From NCBI RefSeq assembly GCF_036365525.1, contig NW_027140861.1:186001-250000 (forward strand): a DNA stretch of 64,000 nucleotides, read 5' to 3'. The stretch is from Heterodontus francisci. Its lineage: Eukaryota. The notes under the pieces were generated by a model. That model searched no databases. It saw only the letters and a program-made list of their open reading frames with translations, and was not told where the DNA came from. The translations under genes were made by a program, and so were the position numbers. Position 1 is the first letter of the stretch, and every line of letters starts with the position of its first letter. Shown here one piece after another: positions 58,236 to 64,000 of this stretch.

Positions 58236-59643
58236 GATTTTTTAAATTATTTGTTTGTGATATTGTGGGCGTCGCTTACTAGGCCAGCATTTGAGATATG
58301 CCTGGTGCTGCTCTTGCCATGTCCTCCTGCAATCTTCATTGAACCAGGATTGGTCCCCCAGCTTGTTGGTAATGGTGGAGTGGGGGATATGCCGGGCCAT
58401 GAGGTGACAGCTTGTGGTTGAGTACAATTCTGCTGTTGCTGATGGCCCACAGCACCTCAAGGAAGCCCAGTTTTGAGTTGCTAGATCTGTTTGAAATCTA
58501 TCCCATTTAGCATGGTGATAGTGTCACACAACACGATGGAGGATATCCTCAATGTGAAGACAAGACTTTGTCTCCACAAGGACTGTGTGGTGGTCACTCC
58601 TATCAATACAGTCATGGACAGATGCATTTGCAACAGCTAGATTGCTGAGGACGAGGTCAAGTTGGCTTTGCCCTCTTGTTGGTTCCCTCACCACCTGCTG
58701 TAGACCCAGTCTAGCATCTCTATCCTTTAGGACTCGGCCAGCTCGGTCAGTGATGGTGCTCCCAAGCCATTCTTGGTGACGCACATTGAAGTCTCCCACT
58801 CAGAGTATATTCTGCACCCTTTCCACCCTCAGTGCTTCTTCCAATTGGTGTTCAACATGGAGGAGTAATGAATCATCAGCTGAGTGGGGGGGGGGGGCGG
58901 TAGGTGGTAATCAGCAGGAGGTTTCCTTGCCCATATTTGACCTGATGCCATGAGACTTCATGGGGTCTGGAGTCGATGTTGATGACTCCCAGGGCAACTC
59001 CCTCCTGACTGTATACCACTGTGCCGTCACCTCTGGTGGGTCTGTCCTGCCAGTGGGACAGAAAGTACCCAGGGATGGTGATGGTCATGTCCTGGACATT
59101 GTCTGTTAGGTATGATTCCGTGAGTATGACTGTGTCAGGCTGTTGCTCGATTAGTCTGTGGGACAGCTCTCCCAACTTTGGCACAAGCCCCCAGATGTTA
59201 GTAAGGAGGACTTTGCAGGGTTGACAGGGCTGGATGTGCTGTTGTCATTTCCGATGTCTTGGTCAATGCTGGGTGATCTGTCTGGTTTCATTTCTTTTTA
59301 GACTTTTCTCTAGTGGTTAGGTACAACTGAGTCGGCCATTTCAGAGGGTGTTTAAGAGTCAACCACATTATTGTTTGTCTGGAGTCACATGTAGGCCAGA
59401 CTGGCTCAGAGCAGCAGATTTCCTTCCCTGAAGGACATTAGTGAACCAGATGGGTGTTTACAACAATCGACAATGGTTTCATGGTCACCATTACTGAGGC
59501 TAGCTTTTTTCTAAATTCCACATTGATTCATTGTATTTAAATTCCACCAGCTGCCATGGTGGGATTTGAAGCCATGTCCCCAGAGCATTAGCCTGGGCCT
59601 CAGGATTGCTAGTCCAGTGACATTACCACCACGCCACCTCCCC
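58236..59643 (-). mobile_element. tRNA-headed non-LTR element with full APE domain, internally deleted, 3' tail retained
   Basis: Head at 59643; PKLGELSHRL..YRPP, GDFNVRHQEWLGS..EPTRG..LDLVL..SDHHTV; then joins the tail AAATGCTGGCCTAGTAAGCGACGCCCAC. Confidence 0.88.
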
Positions 59644-59649
59644 CACACT

Positions 59650-60120
59650 CAATACCTCTGTTTCTGAAGCCCAAAATCCCAGAGGTGTTGATAATTACTG
59701 CTCAATATGCCCTGTCACTTTCAAAGATCTATACACATGAATCCCCATGTCCGTCTGTTCTTGCACATGCTTTAGAAATGTGCCATTAAGTCTATATTAC
59801 CTTTCCCTATCCCTTCTGCCAAAATGTATCAATTCACACTGCTCCATATTAAATTCCATCTGGCACTCGTCTTCCCACTCTGCTAGCCGATCAATGTCCT
59901 GTTGCAGTCGATTTGTATCATCCTCACTGTTTGCCACAACTTCAAGTTTGATATCACCAGCACATTTTCAAATGTTACTCTGCATTCCAATATCCATGTC
60001 AATTATATGTATAATATATCAAAACAATTAGTAGATCTAACACTGACTGTAATGGAACACCACTGTCTAATATGCTCCAGTCTGAAATACAGCCTTTCAC
60101 CTCAAATCACTGTTTTCATC
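59650..60120 (-). mobile_element. CR1 RT fragment, decayed
   Basis: Reverse strand NRLQQDIDRLAEW...QMEFN motif. Confidence 0.75.
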
Positions 60121-60299
60121 CAGTGAGAGAGGATTTGAGGAAAGTAGCAGGAGCAATGCAGAGAATGATGAAATATACTCATTCAGGGACTTGCAGCTAC
60201 GGAGAGATGGCAGGAGTGAGAATAAGTACAGGGCTGAATGGAAGGGGACACTGATTGAGCACAGTGCATCCCAGTATGTGTACAGCAGCAGTAATGGTG

Positions 60300-60471
60300 A
60301 GTGTGCACCACCTGATGTTTTAATATACAAGGTGCATGTTATCAGGTTGTGTTACTATTAAGTGTGTGGGTGCACCCACTGGAGGTTTAATATACATGTT
60401 ACATTTCAGTAATTCTGCAATGCAAATTAGGGAGAGTGTGTGCCACCTTGTGGCTGAATGCAGAAACTGCG
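60300..60471 (-). promoter_or_regulatory. Candidate CTCF site with upstream motif, two weaker same-orientation CTCF-like sites and an octamer
   Basis: Minus strand CGCAGTTTC-N6-CAGCCACAAGGTGGCAC (60471-60440); ATGCAAAT 60420-60427. Confidence 0.5.
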
Positions 60472-60472
60472 A

Positions 60473-61800
60473 TTTAGAATCAGAATGGTCCAGCACAGAA
60501 TGAGGCAATTCAGCTCATCGTGTCTGTGTTGGGACTTCAGATTTCTCTTTAGATAATTATCCAATTCTCTTTTGAAAGCTACTAATGACTCTGCCTCCAC
60601 AACACTCTCATGCAGTGCATTCCAGATCCCAACTATTGGCTGCAAACGTTTTTCCGCAAGTTACCTTTGGTTCATTTCCCATCCACTTTAAATCAGTATC
60701 CACTCGTTCTCGACCCTTCCACAAATGGGAAAGGTTTCTCCCTATCTACTCTGTCTAAACTCCTCATTATTTTGAACAGCTATGTCAAATCTCCGAACAA
60801 CCTTCTCTTGTCCAAAGAGAGCAGTCTCAGCTTCTCCAATCTATCCATGTAACTGAGTCCCCTCATCCTTGGAACCATTCTGATAAATCTTTATTACACC
60901 CTCTCTAACACCTTCACATTCCTCCTACTGTGTGGTGCCCAGAATTGGACACAATATCCCAGTTGAGGCCGAACCAGTGTTTCATAAAGGTTCCGATGAA
61001 AAGTCAGAAATGTTAACTTTGTTTCTCTCTCCTTAGATGCTACCACACCTGTGAAGTGTTTCAAGCATTTTCTGTTTTCATTCCAGATTTCCAGCATCCA
61101 CAGTATTTCACTCTTGTTTTATGAAGGTTCACCATAACCTCTTTGTGTTTGTACTCTATGTCTCTATTTATACAGCCCAGGAACACTTACACCTTAGTAA
61201 CCACTTTCTCAACCTGACCTGTACCTTCAACAATATGTACACATTTACCCCCAGGTCCTGCTGCTCCTGTTCCCCCTTTACAATTGTATCCTGTTTCTTC
61301 TATTGCCTCTGCTTCTGACCAAAATATGTCACTTTGCACTTTTCTGTGTTAAATTTAATCTGCCAGTTCCCTTCCCATTCCACCAGCCTATGTCTGCTTG
61401 AATTTATCACTATCATCCTCACTGTTCACCCTACTTCCAAGTTTGTGTCATATGCAAATTTTCAAATTGTGCATTGACCAAGTCTTGGTCATTAATATAG
61501 ATTAATAAAAGCAGTGCTCCTGCTAATGATCCTGGGGAACTCCACTATGTACCATCCTCCAATCCAAAGTATAACCATTCACAAATACTCTCTGTTTCCT
61601 GTCACTCAGCCAACTATCCATGCTGTCAATGTCCCTTTTATTTCACAGGCTTCAACTTTGCTGACAGGCCTATTATGTGTCACTTTATTCACCCTTTTTT
61701 GCAAGTCCATGTACACCGATCAACCACATTACCATTATCAACCCTCTCTGTTATCTCACCAATAAAACTCAATCAAGTTAGTTAAATATGATTCACCTTT
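60473..61800 (-). mobile_element. CR1 LINE 3' portion, interrupted at ~60994
   Basis: IWNALHESVVEAESLVAFKRELD; LYETLVRPQLGYCVQFWAPH. Confidence 0.85.
60994..61114 (+). mobile_element. Solo Penelope-type terminal unit with a decayed hammerhead, flanked by a 16-bp TSD
   Basis: TGTTTCATAAAGGTTC (60978-60993) and TGTTTTATGAAGGTTC (61115-61130), 14/16 identical. Confidence 0.72.
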
Positions 61801-61802
61801 AA

Positions 61803-63100
61803 TAAAATAGAAACAGAAAATGCTGGAAATACTCAGCAGGTCAGAGAGATGATAGAAACATAGAAAATAGGAGCAGGAGTAGGCCATTCGGCCCTTCGAG
61901 CCTGCTCCGTCATTCATTATGATCATGGCTGATCATCCAACTCTATAACCTGTTCCTGCTTTCCTCCCATATCCTTTGATCCCTTTCTCCCCAATCTAAC
62001 TCCTTGAAAACATACAATGTTTTGGCCTCAACTGCTTTCTGTGATAGCGAATTCTACAGGCTCACCACTTTCTGAGTGAAGTAATTTCTCCGCATCTCAG
62101 TCCTGAAAGGTTTACCCCGTATCATTAGACTATGACCCCTGGTTCTGGACTCCCCCACCATCGGGAACATCCTTCCTGTATCTACCCTGTCAAGTCCTGT
62201 TAGAATTTTATAGGTTTCTATATGTGGAGAGAAAAACAGAGCTAACATTTCAGGTCAATGACCTTTCATCAGACCTGGGAAAAATTAGAAATATAATAGG
62301 ATTTAAGTAGGTGAAATGGGAGAGGATGGAAAAAGAACAAAAGTGAAGTTCTGTGACAGGGAGACATTAAAGGTTAATACAGTTTGTGTTGCAAGGACAA
62401 AGGGAGTTGTCATGGGAACAAGTAAAGAAACAGAAAGTATGTCCAGAGGAACTGTAAATGACAGAATAATGAACAGCTGCTGTCTGAAATCAAAAACAGG
62501 AGAAAAACAAAACTAAGACCAAAACATGTAAAGAAAATGAAACAAAAAGGGGAGAGAGATTATGTTCTGAAATTGTTGAACTCAGTGTTGAGTCCGGAGG
62601 GCTGTAAACTCTCCAGTCAAAAGATGATCTGCTGTTCCCTGAGCTTACATTGAGCTTCATTCGAACACTGCAGCAGGTCAAGGACAGAGGTCAGTGTGAG
62701 AGCAATGTGGAGAATTAAAATGACAGGACACCGGAAGCTCAGGGTCATGCTGCAGATTGAAGAGAGATGTTCTGTAATGTGGTGACTGAATCTGTGTTTG
62801 GTCTCCCCAATGAAGAGCAGATCACATTGTGAGCAGTAAATGCAGTATACTACATTGAAAGAAGTACATGTAAATCACTGTTTCAACTGCAAGGAGTGCT
62901 CGGGGCCTTGGATGGTGAGGAGAGAGGAGGTAAAAGGGCAGGTGTTGCAACTCCTGTACTTGCATGGGAAGTTGTTGTGAGAAGTGGACAGGGTATTGGG
63001 GGTTATTAAGTAGTGGACCAGAGTGTTGCAGAAGGAACGGTCTCCTCAGAATGCTGAAAGTGTAGGTGAGGGGAAGATGTGTTTGGTGGTGACATCACAC
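61803..63100 (-). mobile_element. Penelope-like element 3' part (GIY-YIG plus terminal repeat with hammerhead), split by a CR1 insertion
   Basis: GIY-YIG remnant 62560-62970; CTGATGAAAGGTCATTGACCTGAAATGTT at 62272-62244; terminus resumes at 61803-61845. Confidence 0.82.
61851..62222 (-). mobile_element. CR1 3' end fragment nested in the Penelope terminus
   Basis: IETYKILTGLDRVD..GESRTRGHSL..FRTEMRRNYFTQ; (TTCTATGT)n tail. Confidence 0.9.
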
Positions 63101-63104
63101 TCAT

Positions 63105-64000
63105 TAGATCATAAGAAATAGGAGTAGGAGTGGGTCATTTGTCCCCTTGAGTCTGCTCCACCATTCAATAAGATCATGACTGATCTGAGTGTGGCCTTAA
63201 CTCCACTTTCCTGCCTGACCCCATCACCCTTGACTCTCTTGTAGGTCAAAACTCTGTCTAACTCAGTTTTGAATATATTCAATGACCCAGCCTCCACTGC
63301 TTGCTGGGGAAGAGAATTCCAAACACTAACAACCCTCTGAGGGAAGAAATTCCTCCTCATCTCCATCTTACAAGGAAAACCACTTATTTGGAAACTGAAC
63401 ACCCAAGTTCTAGATTCCCCCAAGAGGGAAAACATCTTCTCAGCATCCACCCTGTCATTACACCTCAGAATCTTCAGAAGATCACCTCTCATTCTTCTAA
63501 ACTCCAATGTGTACAGGACAACCTGTTCAACCTTTCTTCAAAAGACAATCCCTTCCTCCCAGGAATCAGTCCAGTGAACCTTCTTTGAACTGCTTCCAAT
63601 GCAAGTATATCCCTCCTTAAATAAGGAGATGAAAATTGTACAGTACTCTAGGTGCAGTCTCACCAATGCCCTGAACAGGTGTAGCAAGACTTCTCTACTT
63701 TTATACACCATCCCCCTTGCAATAAATGCCAACATTCCATTGTCCTTCCTAATTACATGCTATACCTGCAAGCTAACTTTTTGTTACTCATGTACGAGGA
63801 TACCCAGATCCCTCTGTACGACAGCATTCTGCAATCTCTCTCCATTTAAATAATATTTTGCCTTTCTATTCTTCCCACCAAAGTGGATAACCTCACATTT
63901 CCCACATTATCCTCCCTCTGCCAAATTTTTGCCCTCTCAGTCAACCAGTCTATGTGTCTTTACATGTTGTGTCCTCCTCACAACTTGCTTTCCTACTTAG
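63105..64000 (-). mobile_element. CR1 LINE 3' portion, runs off the window
   Basis: MLAFIARG..YKSREVLL..RALVR; EFRRMRGDL..MRRNFFPQRVV. Confidence 0.92.

Overview
Eukaryotic DNA from a cartilaginous fish. The HE1-type SINEs, shark CR1/L2 LINEs and Penelope termini point to a shark; the species cannot be fixed from sequence alone. About half the window is nine or more different minisatellites, and these generate nearly all the long ORFs in the track as artefacts. One host-gene fragment is visible: a minus-strand signal-peptide exon (MIGVIELVLLCGGVSA-G|GTGAGT, 6704-6752) with an MHC class I-type promoter (Y box, CCAAT box, IRF-like site). It is probably exon 1 of a shark MHC class I gene whose remaining exons lie left of the window. 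Head-to-head with that promoter is a decayed lokiretrovirus-like endogenous retrovirus. It comprises gag with a broken CCHC knuckle, protease and the start of RT, then, about 20 kb further on, an LTR fragment, a paramyxovirus-F-like env remnant, a PPT and an LTR. The most striking observation is that the 7.7-kb 55/56-bp satellite sits exactly between gag and protease and appears to be about 140 tandem copies of the virus's own gag-stop/pro junction. The right 24 kb is nested retroelements: RTE, CR1, a Tx1 in two inverted halves, Penelope with hammerhead-ribozyme motifs, and a tRNA-headed LINE with a graded series of SINE-like deletion derivatives. It also holds an old tandem duplication and a CTCF/octamer motif cluster. 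Family assignments are from recognised motifs, not database searches, and element boundaries are approximate.
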